From Candidatus Woesearchaeota archaeon (GTDB lineage Archaea > Nanobdellota > Nanobdellia > Woesearchaeales > UBA119), in contig DAOSEK010000001.1 in assembly GCA_035363095.1 (NCBI GenBank), positions 17,233 through 81,232 of the forward strand: a stretch of DNA of 64,000 bases. Reading direction: 5' to 3'. The first letter of the stretch is position 1. Every line of letters starts with the position of its first letter. The position numbers were made by a program, and so were the translations under genes. The notes under the pieces are model-generated. The model saw only the letters and a list, made by a program, of their open reading frames with translations, did no database searches and had not been told where the DNA came from. This document shows, one piece after another, positions 50,698 through 59,415 of the stretch.

Positions 50698-52105
50698 TCA
50701 AGAGGTAATTATAGGTTTGGAAACACATATTGAAGTAGATACATTATCTAAATTATTTTGCTGTTGCCCACGTACTGGGATAGACACTCCTAATTCCAGA
50801 GTATGTCCTATTTGTCTTGGTCATCCTGGAGCGAGACCTTTTTTAAATGGCAAAGTCTTGGCAGCTGCAGTCAAATTGGCTTTAGCGATTGATGGTCAGA
50901 TTACAGAAAAAGTTGTGTTTTCCAGAAAAAACTACTTTTATCCTGATATGGCAAAGAATTTTCAAATAACTCAATTTGAAAGTCCACTGTCACAGAAGGG
51001 GTCTGTGAAATTAAATTCCGGTAAGTTAGTTAAAATAAGAAGACTTCATATTGAGGAAGACCCTGCGTCTTTAGTCTATCCGAAAACTATGAGAGATTCT
51101 CAATATGTTTTAATTGACTATAACAGATCAGGTATCCCACTTATTGAGTTGGTAACTGAACCAAGTATTAATTCTCCAAGAGAAGCAAGAGAATATATGA
51201 ACAAGCTCATGTCCATTTTAAGTTACCTTAAGATTTTTGATGTGAATTCCTGTGTCATCAAAAGTGATGCTAATATATCTATAAGAGATAGTGATTATAC
51301 ACGTGTTGAAATCAAGAATATAAGCGGAATTAAGGAGATTGAAAAAGCCCTTTCTTACGAGCTGATGAGACAGCGATCTTTGATACGCAGAGGAATTAAG
51401 ATTGTTAAAGAAACTAGAGGCTGGAACAAAGTAGGAAAAACGACTTTTAGCCAGCGAACGAAGGAAAGCGAAGAAGATTATGGGTATATTTCAGAGCCTG
51501 ATCTTCCCGAAATAGTTATCACACCAGAATATATACGGAAGAATAAGGATGAAATTCCTGAATTACCAGCACAAAAGCAAGTAAGATTTGTTGAAAAGTA
51601 TAAACTTAATGAGGATGATTCATTCGTATTGACTAAGGAACCTGAGATTGCAGATTTATTTGAGAACGTCGCAAAGGTGATTGATTCAAATATCGCTGCT
51701 AACTGGATAAGAGGTGAGATTTTGCGCGTTCTGAATTATAACAAAAAAAGATTGAATGATTCTTACTTATCTGCTGAGAGAATAATAGATTTACTGAAGT
51801 TATTATGTGAAAATAAGATCTCTAAAAATATGGCTCAAAATTTTTTGGAAAGAATGATTACTGAGAATTTTTCTCTCAGAGATTACATTTTGAACAATAA
51901 TATTTCGCAGATTTCGGATGACAAAATATTGACAGATATTGCAAAAAAGGTGCTAAATGAGGAAAAAATTGCATTAGAAGATTATTTGAGTGGTAAGGAA
52001 AAAGCGCTTGATTATATCATTGGAAAATGTATGGCACTTTCAAAGAGTAAGGCCGACCCAATAAAGATCAACAAGATACTATTGACTCTAATAAGAACGC
52101 GTTAA
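50687..52105 (+). CDS. gatB: Asp/Glu-tRNA amidotransferase subunit B
   Basis: The motifs are GLETHIE, CPICLGHPGA, RKNYFYPD and HIEEDPAS. A C-terminal YqeY-like tail is present. The start was set at the ATG at 50687 (MEFNQEV), which overlaps the gatA stop. The track ORF begins upstream, inside gatA. Confidence 0.85.
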   Translation: MEFNQEVIIGLETHIEVDTLSKLFCCCPRTGIDTPNSRVCPICLGHPGARPFLNGKVLAAAVKLALAIDGQITEKVVFSRKNYFYPDMAKNFQITQFESPLSQKGSVKLNSGKLVKIRRLHIEEDPASLVYPKTMRDSQYVLIDYNRSGIPLIELVTEPSINSPREAREYMNKLMSILSYLKIFDVNSCVIKSDANISIRDSDYTRVEIKNISGIKEIEKALSYELMRQRSLIRRGIKIVKETRGWNKVGKTTFSQRTKESEEDYGYISEPDLPEIVITPEYIRKNKDEIPELPAQKQVRFVEKYKLNEDDSFVLTKEPEIADLFENVAKVIDSNIAANWIRGEILRVLNYNKKRLNDSYLSAERIIDLLKLLCENKISKNMAQNFLERMITENFSLRDYILNNNISQISDDKILTDIAKKVLNEEKIALEDYLSGKEKALDYIIGKCMALSKSKADPIKINKILLTLIRTR

Positions 52106-52210
52106 CTGCTAAGATTCTAATAGGACATATAATAAATACTCTATCTTGGATGAGTTAGTAAACAAATTTCTATTGTTGATTAATTGTATTTTGAGTGTTT
52201 TTTTAGTTCT

Positions 52211-53575
52211 CTATGCGAAAAGATAATTTTCTATTTCCCAATCAGTAACTATTAGCTGATTGTAGTTTTGCCATTCCTTTTCTTTTATATCAATGTATCG
52301 TTTAAAATAGCTTTCTCCAAGCATGTTTAACATTAGTTGACTTTGCTTAAAGTAGGTAATTGATTCAAATAGCGATGTTGGAAGAGTAGTTATTCCTTTT
52401 TTTGATAAATCTAATGCGTTTTCTTTGAAGACATTAGTGTTAGTATCTTTCATAATGTCTAGTTTTTTATCAATTCCTTCCAAACCTACATGCAAAAGAG
52501 CTGCAAAAGCAAGATAGGGAGAACATAAACCATCAGGACTTCTTATTTCAGCATGTGTATGATGATTAGCAACTATTGAAGATATTGGCACTCTGATTAA
52601 GGCGGAACGATTGCCTACGCCCCAACAAATATATACTGGTGCTTCGTGATCAGGAACAAGCCTTTTGTAAGAGTTGATACAAGGATTTAATATCAATGCC
52701 ATTTCTTTAGCAAAGAAAAGTTGAGCCTGAATAAAATTCCTTGCTAGATTCGAAAGATGTAATTGATCAATAGGATTGTAAAACAAAGAGTTTCCTGACA
52801 AATCTTCTAAACTGAAGTGTATATGCATTCCACTGCCTGCACATTTAGAGAATGGTTTTGGCATAAAAGTTGCCAACAGACTATGTTTTTGTGCTACAGT
52901 TCTAATAACTTCTTTCATTATCATTATTCTATCCGCAGTTATCAAAGGGTCACCATATTCTAAACCTATTTCATGTTGCCCCGTTCCTACCTCGTGGTGT
53001 GCCTTATCAACAGGCAGTCCAATAGATTTTAAATTATTTAGTATTTCCAAACGAATTTCATTTGACTTGTCTTTAACTTGATGATCTAAGTATGAACCAT
53101 TGTAATCGAAGGAAGGTGGAACAATCTTATCTCCCTTTTTTTCTACAAGAAAAAATTCAATTTCTGGTCCTACTTTCAAATTGAACCCTTTTACTCTTGC
53201 TTTATCTAGGGTTTGTTTAAGAATAGTTCGAGGTGAACAGCTATGAAGTAGGTTTTCTTTGCTATACACATCACAAAATACTCTCTTAACTAGAGCACCC
53301 GATTCATTTTGTAGAATAAAGTTGTTATTAAGGTTAGGTTTCAGGTACATGTCACTATCATATATCTCTTTAAATCCTTTCACTGAAGAACCATCAAACC
53401 ATATTCCTGAGTTTTTAGATTTTTCAAAGGAATCTTTTGTTAGTTGTATAACTTTAGGATTACCCAGAATATCACAAAATTCTAGTTCAACAAATTGAAA
53501 TCCATTATTAAATTCTTCATTAGTCTCATTGCCATAATTATTGATTAATTCTTCTTTATTGCTTATTTCATTCAT
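52211..53575 (-). CDS. glnA: Glutamine synthetase type I
   Basis: The ATP-binding signature is KPFSKCAGSGMHIHFSL (GSGMHxHxS). The protein is 454 aa. It is divergently adjacent to an Lrp-family regulator. Confidence 0.85.
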   Translation of the reverse strand: MNEISNKEELINNYGNETNEEFNNGFQFVELEFCDILGNPKVIQLTKDSFEKSKNSGIWFDGSSVKGFKEIYDSDMYLKPNLNNNFILQNESGALVKRVFCDVYSKENLLHSCSPRTILKQTLDKARVKGFNLKVGPEIEFFLVEKKGDKIVPPSFDYNGSYLDHQVKDKSNEIRLEILNNLKSIGLPVDKAHHEVGTGQHEIGLEYGDPLITADRIMIMKEVIRTVAQKHSLLATFMPKPFSKCAGSGMHIHFSLEDLSGNSLFYNPIDQLHLSNLARNFIQAQLFFAKEMALILNPCINSYKRLVPDHEAPVYICWGVGNRSALIRVPISSIVANHHTHAEIRSPDGLCSPYLAFAALLHVGLEGIDKKLDIMKDTNTNVFKENALDLSKKGITTLPTSLFESITYFKQSQLMLNMLGESYFKRYIDIKEKEWQNYNQLIVTDWEIENYLFA

Positions 53576-53710
53576 TTTTCACACCTTTGGTAACTTAAAA
53601 AGATAATAACCGATACTTTATTAATATTTTGTCTAAAAAAGTTAACAAATTACAGCTTATAACCGAAAAAAATATATATTTGATAGCTTAATCATATATT
53701 TTGAGTAATA

Positions 53711-54175
53711 ATGAAAGCAAATGAAAAGTGGGAACTAGATGAATTAGATCGGAAAATAATAAGATATCTTCTGCAAAATGCAAAGGCATCTTTTAGAAAG
53801 ATTTCAAGAGCTTTAAGGATAACCTCAGTTACAGCTCTTAATAGAATAAAAAAACTTGAAGAAAAAGGAATAATTATAGGCTATTCAGTTAAGCTTGATA
53901 TGGAAAAAGCAGGTTTTGATGTTAATGCAATAATAAAACTTCGCATTTCAAAAGGAAAGTTATTTGAAGTTGAAAAAAAGATTGCGATACATAAAAGAGT
54001 TGTTGCTGTATATGATGTCACTGGTGATTTTGATTGCATTATAATAGGTAAGTTTAAATCCAGAAAGGAACTGGATGTGTTTCTAAAAGATACTCAAACC
54101 TATGACTTTATCGAGAGAACTGAAACTATTCTCATTCTTAATGTAATAAAAGAGGATAATATTGCCGATATATAA
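53711..54175 (+). CDS. Lrp/AsnC-family transcriptional regulator
   Basis: An N-terminal HTH (LDELDRKIIRYLLQNAKASFRKISRALRITSVTALNRIKKLEEKGII) is followed by a RAM/ACT-like effector domain. Confidence 0.8.
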   Translation: MKANEKWELDELDRKIIRYLLQNAKASFRKISRALRITSVTALNRIKKLEEKGIIIGYSVKLDMEKAGFDVNAIIKLRISKGKLFEVEKKIAIHKRVVAVYDVTGDFDCIIIGKFKSRKELDVFLKDTQTYDFIERTETILILNVIKEDNIADI

Positions 54176-54377
54176 ACCTTACAAATGTTTGATAATCTGC
54201 TTGATTGGCTTGGTTCTCATATCAATGTAATGCCAGAATGATCTATGAATTTCTTATTAAAGAGTTGATTTTAAGATTGAAAACTTCTTACCGAACAGCA
54301 AGTTAATAAATGATTAGCAAAGTTTCTGAATACCTTTCAATAAGAAATATACGACTATTAAAAAAATAAAGAAAGAT

Positions 54378-54884
54378 TTACTTCTTTTCCATTTTGCCAT
54401 GGGCGTTATTGAAGAATTTTTCTACTGAAAAATCGTTTGGATTTAGACCTTCGCCATTTCCAGATATTGGTTTGTCTGCTGGTCTTTGATTGCTAGCTTG
54501 TATTTTTTTTTGTATTTCAGGCTTTAGGCTTTGGTTTTGTTCAAGACGTTTGAGCCGTTCATCAACCTCTTGCATGTTTTTGTCATTTTGCTCTGCGTAT
54601 TTTGTTAGAAAATCAGAGAATGTTTTTAGTGTTTTTTCAAGGGATTCTATTTTGTTTAATACCTCTTTATTGTCCCCATCACAACTGCATTCTTTGTGGT
54701 TGCAATTGCATTCTTGTTCTTTTTTCTTGGTTTCACCACAGACTACTGATACTTCGCCTTCTGTTTTTACCATGTTTTGCTCTTCAATCATTTTGTGGGC
54801 TTCTTCATAGTTTTTAGCAATACCCCTATCAACCAAATCTTTTGCGAGTTTTGTAGCGTCTTGTAATCTTGATACATCAAACAT
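54378..54884 (-). CDS. Hypothetical coiled-coil protein with a compact Cys/His cluster
   Basis: The 168 aa protein has the cluster QECNCNHKECSCDGD embedded in charged helical sequence. Confidence 0.45.
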   Translation of the reverse strand: MFDVSRLQDATKLAKDLVDRGIAKNYEEAHKMIEEQNMVKTEGEVSVVCGETKKKEQECNCNHKECSCDGDNKEVLNKIESLEKTLKTFSDFLTKYAEQNDKNMQEVDERLKRLEQNQSLKPEIQKKIQASNQRPADKPISGNGEGLNPNDFSVEKFFNNAHGKMEKK

Positions 54885-55274
54885 TTATACCACCTTATTT
54901 TGTGTTGGTTTGTTGTTATTTCTAATTATATAAATAACTTTTGCTTTGGTATGCACTCTTTTGGTTTAAACTAGACTGTTTTTTAAGGTTGAATTTTTTA
55001 ATGGTATTTTTTAGTGTATAATAATGAGTTTTTGTTTGTTGATGGGTGTTAGGAGTTAATTAGATGTTTTGGATATGTAAAAGGATTTTACAAAAGCAGT
55101 CGTTAATTCTGTAATAGTTACTTCTGTGGCCACTACTTCTACAGTCGTTACTTGTGAGTTTATAGAATTTGTTTTATGCTAAAGGCTTAATGAAGAAAGA
55201 AAGGTTTTTAGTTGAATTGTCTAATGGATTAATAAAGAGAGAACATAAATAAGAGAAAATGAAGGGATTATAGT

Positions 55275-56000
55275 ATGATTAATTCAAATGAGTTGTTGAG
55301 ATTGCTTTATAAAAGACTTGAATGTGAAAGAAGTGAGGAAAAAGCGTTGGTGTATCAACGATTTTTTAAGACGGGTAAAGGCGAATATGGGGAAGGGGAT
55401 GTTTTTTTAGGTTTGAGTGTTCCAAAACAAAGAGAGATTGCTAAGGAGTATAAGGATTTGGATTTTGAGTCTTTAGGTGTTTTGATGGATAGTAAGATTC
55501 ATGAGCATCGACTTTGTGCTCTTTTGATTTTGGTTGAGAATTTTGAGAGATGCTATAGATTAAAGGATGATTTTGGAAAGGAAAGGATTTGCCAATTTTA
55601 TCTTAATAAGGTTAAAGGGATTAATAATTGGGATTTGGTAGATTTGTCAGCACCAAAGATTTTAGGATGTTATTTTTATGAGTTGGATAGAAGGATTCTT
55701 TTTGAGTTTGCAAGGGATAGTAATCTCTGGCTTAGGAGGATTGCTGTTGTGTCAAGCTTTTATTTTATTAAAAAGGGAGATTATGGTTTTACTCTTGAGG
55801 TTTGTGAGATGCTTTTAGGGGATAAGCAGGATTTAATACATAAGGCTTGTGGGTGGATGCTTAGGGAGATTGGTAAGAGGGATGTTTTTGTTTTGAAGGG
55901 CTTTTTGGATAGGCATTTTAGGGTTATGCCAAGGACTATGCTTAGATATTCTATTGAAAGATTAAGTGATATAGAGAAGGGCTTTTATATGAAGAGGTAG
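55275..56000 (+). CDS. DNA alkylation repair protein (AlkD/AlkC-like HEAT-repeat glycosylase family)
   Basis: The segments KALVYQRFFKTGKGEYGEGDVFLGLSVPKQREIAKEY and WDLVDLSAPKILG...WLRRIAVVSS match the DNA_alkylation (AlkD-like) family pattern. Confidence 0.7.
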   Translation: MINSNELLRLLYKRLECERSEEKALVYQRFFKTGKGEYGEGDVFLGLSVPKQREIAKEYKDLDFESLGVLMDSKIHEHRLCALLILVENFERCYRLKDDFGKERICQFYLNKVKGINNWDLVDLSAPKILGCYFYELDRRILFEFARDSNLWLRRIAVVSSFYFIKKGDYGFTLEVCEMLLGDKQDLIHKACGWMLREIGKRDVFVLKGFLDRHFRVMPRTMLRYSIERLSDIEKGFYMKR

Positions 56001-56062
56001 ATGAACTTTAGATGTTTTTGCGAGGGTTATTAGGATTTAAGGTTTTTTTTGGAGTTAGTTAA

Positions 56063-56638
56063 TTATTCTTTAAAAATTTGCACTTGGAATTTATAGAATT
56101 CTATTTCTTTTGTGTTTTGCCATTCTAGTTTGGGTAGTCCTGCTTTTTTGCAGAGGTTTGATAGGAATTCTTCTTTTGAAAATCCCCACTCAGTTGCTAC
56201 TTGAGGAAGAAACAATGCCGAGCTAAGTCCCTTTTTAAGAAGTATTCCATCGATGCCAAGGGTTATTGATGATAATAGCTCTTCTTTTGTTTTGGCAATT
56301 ATTTTTTCAAATGGGGATAGATAGGAGATTTCGATTTTTATTTGGTCTAGTTCGCTTTTTGTGAGTGGAGGAAATCTTGGGTCGTTGAATGCTGCGGATA
56401 TGCTGGCTTTTTTTGTTGCGTCAATGATTGAGTAGATTGGCTCAATAAAGCCAATGCATCCTCTTAATTCATTGTTTTTTGAAAGGGTTACAAATAGACA
56501 TCCTTTTTCTTTTAGAAATTGGTTTTGTTCGGATTGAGAATCTATTGTTTGGGTTTTCCCAGTTAGTATTTTAGTTATCTGGAACCTAGCTATCTTTATA
56601 AGTTGCTCTCCTTGTTTGGTTGATAGCTTATTTAACAT
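56063..56638 (-). CDS. AMMECR1-domain protein
   Basis: The conserved LRGCIG motif is present (NELRGCIGFIEP). The protein is 191 aa. Confidence 0.7.
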   Translation of the reverse strand: MLNKLSTKQGEQLIKIARFQITKILTGKTQTIDSQSEQNQFLKEKGCLFVTLSKNNELRGCIGFIEPIYSIIDATKKASISAAFNDPRFPPLTKSELDQIKIEISYLSPFEKIIAKTKEELLSSITLGIDGILLKKGLSSALFLPQVATEWGFSKEEFLSNLCKKAGLPKLEWQNTKEIEFYKFQVQIFKE

Positions 56639-56900
56639 TTGAAAGTTCTTTTTTGAATTTTGAGAAATTATCTTTTATTTTTTCTGCAGCCATTTTTAGG
56701 GCTTCTTTAGGAGAGATATCTTTTGTTTTTAGTATAAATTCTGGTTTTCCTGTTAGTGGGTGATCAATTGAGTAGGTTGCTATTTCAACGCCTTGGATTG
56801 AGTAGAGGGTGTCTACTAAAATGTTTGAGAAAGTGTGATCCATTTCTGGTAGAACAAATCTCATTTTAGTTTTTGTTTCTTCGATTATGTCTATTTTCAT
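56628..56900 (-). CDS. rpoL: DNA-directed RNA polymerase subunit L (Rpo11)
   Basis: The ~90 aa protein has an RBP11-like dimerisation fold (HTFSNILVDTLYSIQGVEIATYSIDHPL). It lies adjacent to ribosomal protein L11. Confidence 0.6.
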   Translation of the reverse strand: MKIDIIEETKTKMRFVLPEMDHTFSNILVDTLYSIQGVEIATYSIDHPLTGKPEFILKTKDISPKEALKMAAEKIKDNFSKFKKELSNVK

Positions 56901-56912
56901 TTTTATCAGGTT

Positions 56913-57392
56913 TTATTTGATTTTATCGTCAAACTTGTTGTTGTTGATTTCTTGTATTGCTTTGTCAGCAATCATGCCCTCAACATAGACTCCCATGGAT
57001 CTACAGGTGCCTGCTACTTCTTTTACCTTTTCTTTTAAGGTTGTGCCTAAAAGGGCGTCGCTTTTCATTTTTGCGATTTTTGCTAATTGCTCTATTGTTA
57101 AATCGGCGACTTTATCTTTTATAGGATTGCCTGCACCTTTTGGTATCCCAGCTTCTTTTTTGATTAACTCTGCACAGGGAGGAGTTCCTACTGAGATTGT
57201 GTATGCTTTTGTTTGGTCATCTACTTCAACTTTTACAGGAACTTGCATTCCTTTAAATTCAGCAGTTTTTTTGTTTATATCTAAAACAACTTGACCTATA
57301 TTGACTCCAAGTGGACCTAAGGCCGGACCTAACGGAGGAGCGGCTGTTGCTTTTCCGCCTTCAATTAAAACTTCAACACTTTTTTTTGCCAT
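56913..57392 (-). CDS. rpl11: 50S ribosomal protein L11 (uL11)
   Basis: The segment VEVLIEGGKATAAPPLGPALGPLGVNIGQVVLDINKKTAEFKGMQVPVKV is strongly conserved in L11. Confidence 0.85.
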   Translation of the reverse strand: MAKKSVEVLIEGGKATAAPPLGPALGPLGVNIGQVVLDINKKTAEFKGMQVPVKVEVDDQTKAYTISVGTPPCAELIKKEAGIPKGAGNPIKDKVADLTIEQLAKIAKMKSDALLGTTLKEKVKEVAGTCRSMGVYVEGMIADKAIQEINNNKFDDKIK

Positions 57393-57472
57393 AATGAAAA
57401 CACCTTGATTATGAATGATAAATGGAATTTAGATTGATTTATAAATCTTTTTGTTATTGGTTTAAAAGACGT

Positions 57473-58513
57473 TTAGTAGTTTGGTTCTTCATCGTTAAAG
57501 AATTCATTTTCATCAACAAAGAATACATCGTTTCGTTCTTGGGATGGTGGTTTTATGGATTTTTTGTGAGGATGTTTGTTTTCATCAAGGGTTTCTTTTT
57601 GTTCTAAATTTGCTGTGTTTTGGGTGTTTTGATTTTTGTTTGTTTCTTTGTGTGAGGGTTGATTGGAAGGGATTGTTGTGGTTTTTTCTTTATTTGGGCT
57701 TTTTGTTTTTGCTTTTTTGTTTTGATTTGTTTTTATGGGTTTTAGTTGTTGAGTGTTTGTCTGTTTTTGTATTTTTGGTTCGAATTGGGTTATGTATTTT
57801 TGGTAATCTTCTCTTAGCTCTTCAAGGTCTGAGATATCTTTTTCTGATAGGTGGTTGTGGATTTTTTCGGCTATAGTTGTTGCTAACTGGTAAGCAAGTT
57901 TTGCTTTGTATATGTTCTTTTTTTCTAGCATGAGATAGAATATATCTATTGAGTTTTGGAGCTTTTTTTGTTGTGTTGTTATGATGAATTCTTTTTGTTT
58001 TTGTTCGTTTAGATTCCTTGTTATTATGAATGGGATTGCGAAGAAGAGGGCGTATAGTCCAAGTAGGATTATCCAAAAGTCTATGGGGTTTTTTTGGGCA
58101 AATGCTTTTAAGTTTGAGGTTTTTTCAGATTTATTTACGCATACTGATTTTAAGGGGTCGCATGCAAGGGTTTGGCAGTCTTTATCTGTTTTGCATTTTT
58201 GACCTAACTTGCAAGGCTCACATAATTCTCCTGCACAGTCAATGTCTGTTTCATCGTAGTCAAGGATTGAGTTTTGGCAGTGTGTTTGAAATTGGTGGTC
58301 ACAGTTGATTGTTTCTATTAGAATATATTCTGAACCACATTTATTTACGTCATAGCATAATCTTATTTTGGTACCGTTCTCAAAGCATTGTGAGTAGTTC
58401 ATGCAAACGCTTCTGTATCTGCAATCGGGAGTGGGAAGTGTTTGGGCAGATATTGAACTAACTAAAGCGAATGCTAGTGATAGTGCCAAAAATAATACAA
58501 ACCTTTTCCTCAT
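57473..58513 (-). CDS. Hypothetical secreted/membrane protein with a Cys-rich ectodomain and a K/Q-rich cytoplasmic tail
   Basis: A signal peptide is followed by ~20 Cys in ~110 aa, then one TM helix, then a charged low-complexity tail. Confidence 0.5.
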   Translation of the reverse strand: MRKRFVLFLALSLAFALVSSISAQTLPTPDCRYRSVCMNYSQCFENGTKIRLCYDVNKCGSEYILIETINCDHQFQTHCQNSILDYDETDIDCAGELCEPCKLGQKCKTDKDCQTLACDPLKSVCVNKSEKTSNLKAFAQKNPIDFWIILLGLYALFFAIPFIITRNLNEQKQKEFIITTQQKKLQNSIDIFYLMLEKKNIYKAKLAYQLATTIAEKIHNHLSEKDISDLEELREDYQKYITQFEPKIQKQTNTQQLKPIKTNQNKKAKTKSPNKEKTTTIPSNQPSHKETNKNQNTQNTANLEQKETLDENKHPHKKSIKPPSQERNDVFFVDENEFFNDEEPNY

Positions 58514-58607
58514 GAGAGCTTTATAGAATAAGATTCTTTAAAAAGCTTTTGATGTGGCAAGGGGCTTTAACAGATTCTCTTATAATTGTTTTGATTTCAT
58601 GATGGAC

Positions 58608-58662
58608 GAAAAATCTCGAATATGCACGAGATGCCCCGGCATTTAGGCTGAGGTTTTTCATT
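58608..58662. repeat. Palindromic fragment derived from the 5' end of repeat module A (hairpin)
   Basis: The sequence gaaaaatctcgaatatgcacgagatgccccggcatttaggctgaggtttttc has arms gaaaaatctcg and ctgaggtttttc that form a ~11-bp stem. The first arm is the module A 5' terminus. The element lies ~65 nt downstream of the L37e stop. Confidence 0.6.
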
Positions 58663-58725
58663 TGATAATCAAAATAGTGATAAAGAATATGTCTATTAAT
58701 TAAAATTAAATTAAATTAAAAAATA

Positions 58726-58893
58726 TTAATCCTTTTTTTGCCAAGAGAATGATCGTATCCTTGGACTATATCCATAGCCACAGCTTGAGCATATTCCTGT
58801 TTTTCTGTGATAAGAACGATTTCCGCAACGTCTGCATCTTATGTGAGATGCTTTTTTGTTTCTTCTTCCTTGTGAAGGGGTTCCTTTTGCCAT
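58726..58893 (-). CDS. rpl37e: 50S ribosomal protein L37e (eL37), a small ORF absent from the ORF track
   Basis: Minus-strand translation gives MAKGTPSQGRRNKKASHIRCRRCGNRSYHRKTGICSSCGYGYSPRIRSFSWQKKD (55 aa). This has the C4 zinc-ribbon pattern (CRRCG...CSSCG) typical of eL37. It lies directly downstream of the LSm gene, as in the conserved archaeal LSm-L37e operon. Confidence 0.8.
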   Translation of the reverse strand: MAKGTPSQGRRNKKASHIRCRRCGNRSYHRKTGICSSCGYGYSPRIRSFSWQKKD

Positions 58894-58924
58894 TATGTCA
58901 TCAGCTCAAAAATTAAAAGAAAAT

Positions 58925-59155
58925 CTATTTCTCAGCTAAGGATATTACAGTGATTGTATCTCCTCTTATGAAAACGTTTCCTATTTTTCTTTTTGTTTCT
59001 CCGTCCATTCTTTCTTCTGCATCAGTTAGAGAAACGTTAATGTGAATATCAAATGCGCTTAGCACACCAATGTATTGTCGATTGTTCTTTAAATCAACGA
59101 TTATTCTTTTGTTTCTTGCAGCATTTAAAGCATCTAGCGGTCTTGCTTGGTCCAT
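58925..59155 (-). CDS. Sm-like archaeal protein (LSm/SmAP)
   Basis: The 76 aa protein has Sm1/Sm2 motifs (RIIVDLKNNRQYIGVLSAFDIHINVSL...NVFIRGDTITVI). Confidence 0.8.
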   Translation of the reverse strand: MDQARPLDALNAARNKRIIVDLKNNRQYIGVLSAFDIHINVSLTDAEERMDGETKRKIGNVFIRGDTITVISLAEK

Positions 59156-59415
59156 ATTAAAAACACCCCAAATAAAATAAGTTAGTTTGGTGGTGTAAGT
59201 GTTTGTTTATAAATTTAACTGATGGTCTATTGTTTGAACAAAGAATGTTCTATCTGATTGGAGAGAGCCACGATTTTTACGAAAATTCTCAGTTTTTTGG
59301 AAAAATAGTTGTTAAAATGCAGGATAAATATTAAGATGTTGCTATTTTACAGGATTTGACTGGAAAACGCTTAAGTAGAGAGATAGGTTTATATGGTTAT
59401 AGGCGCGAATGCAAG

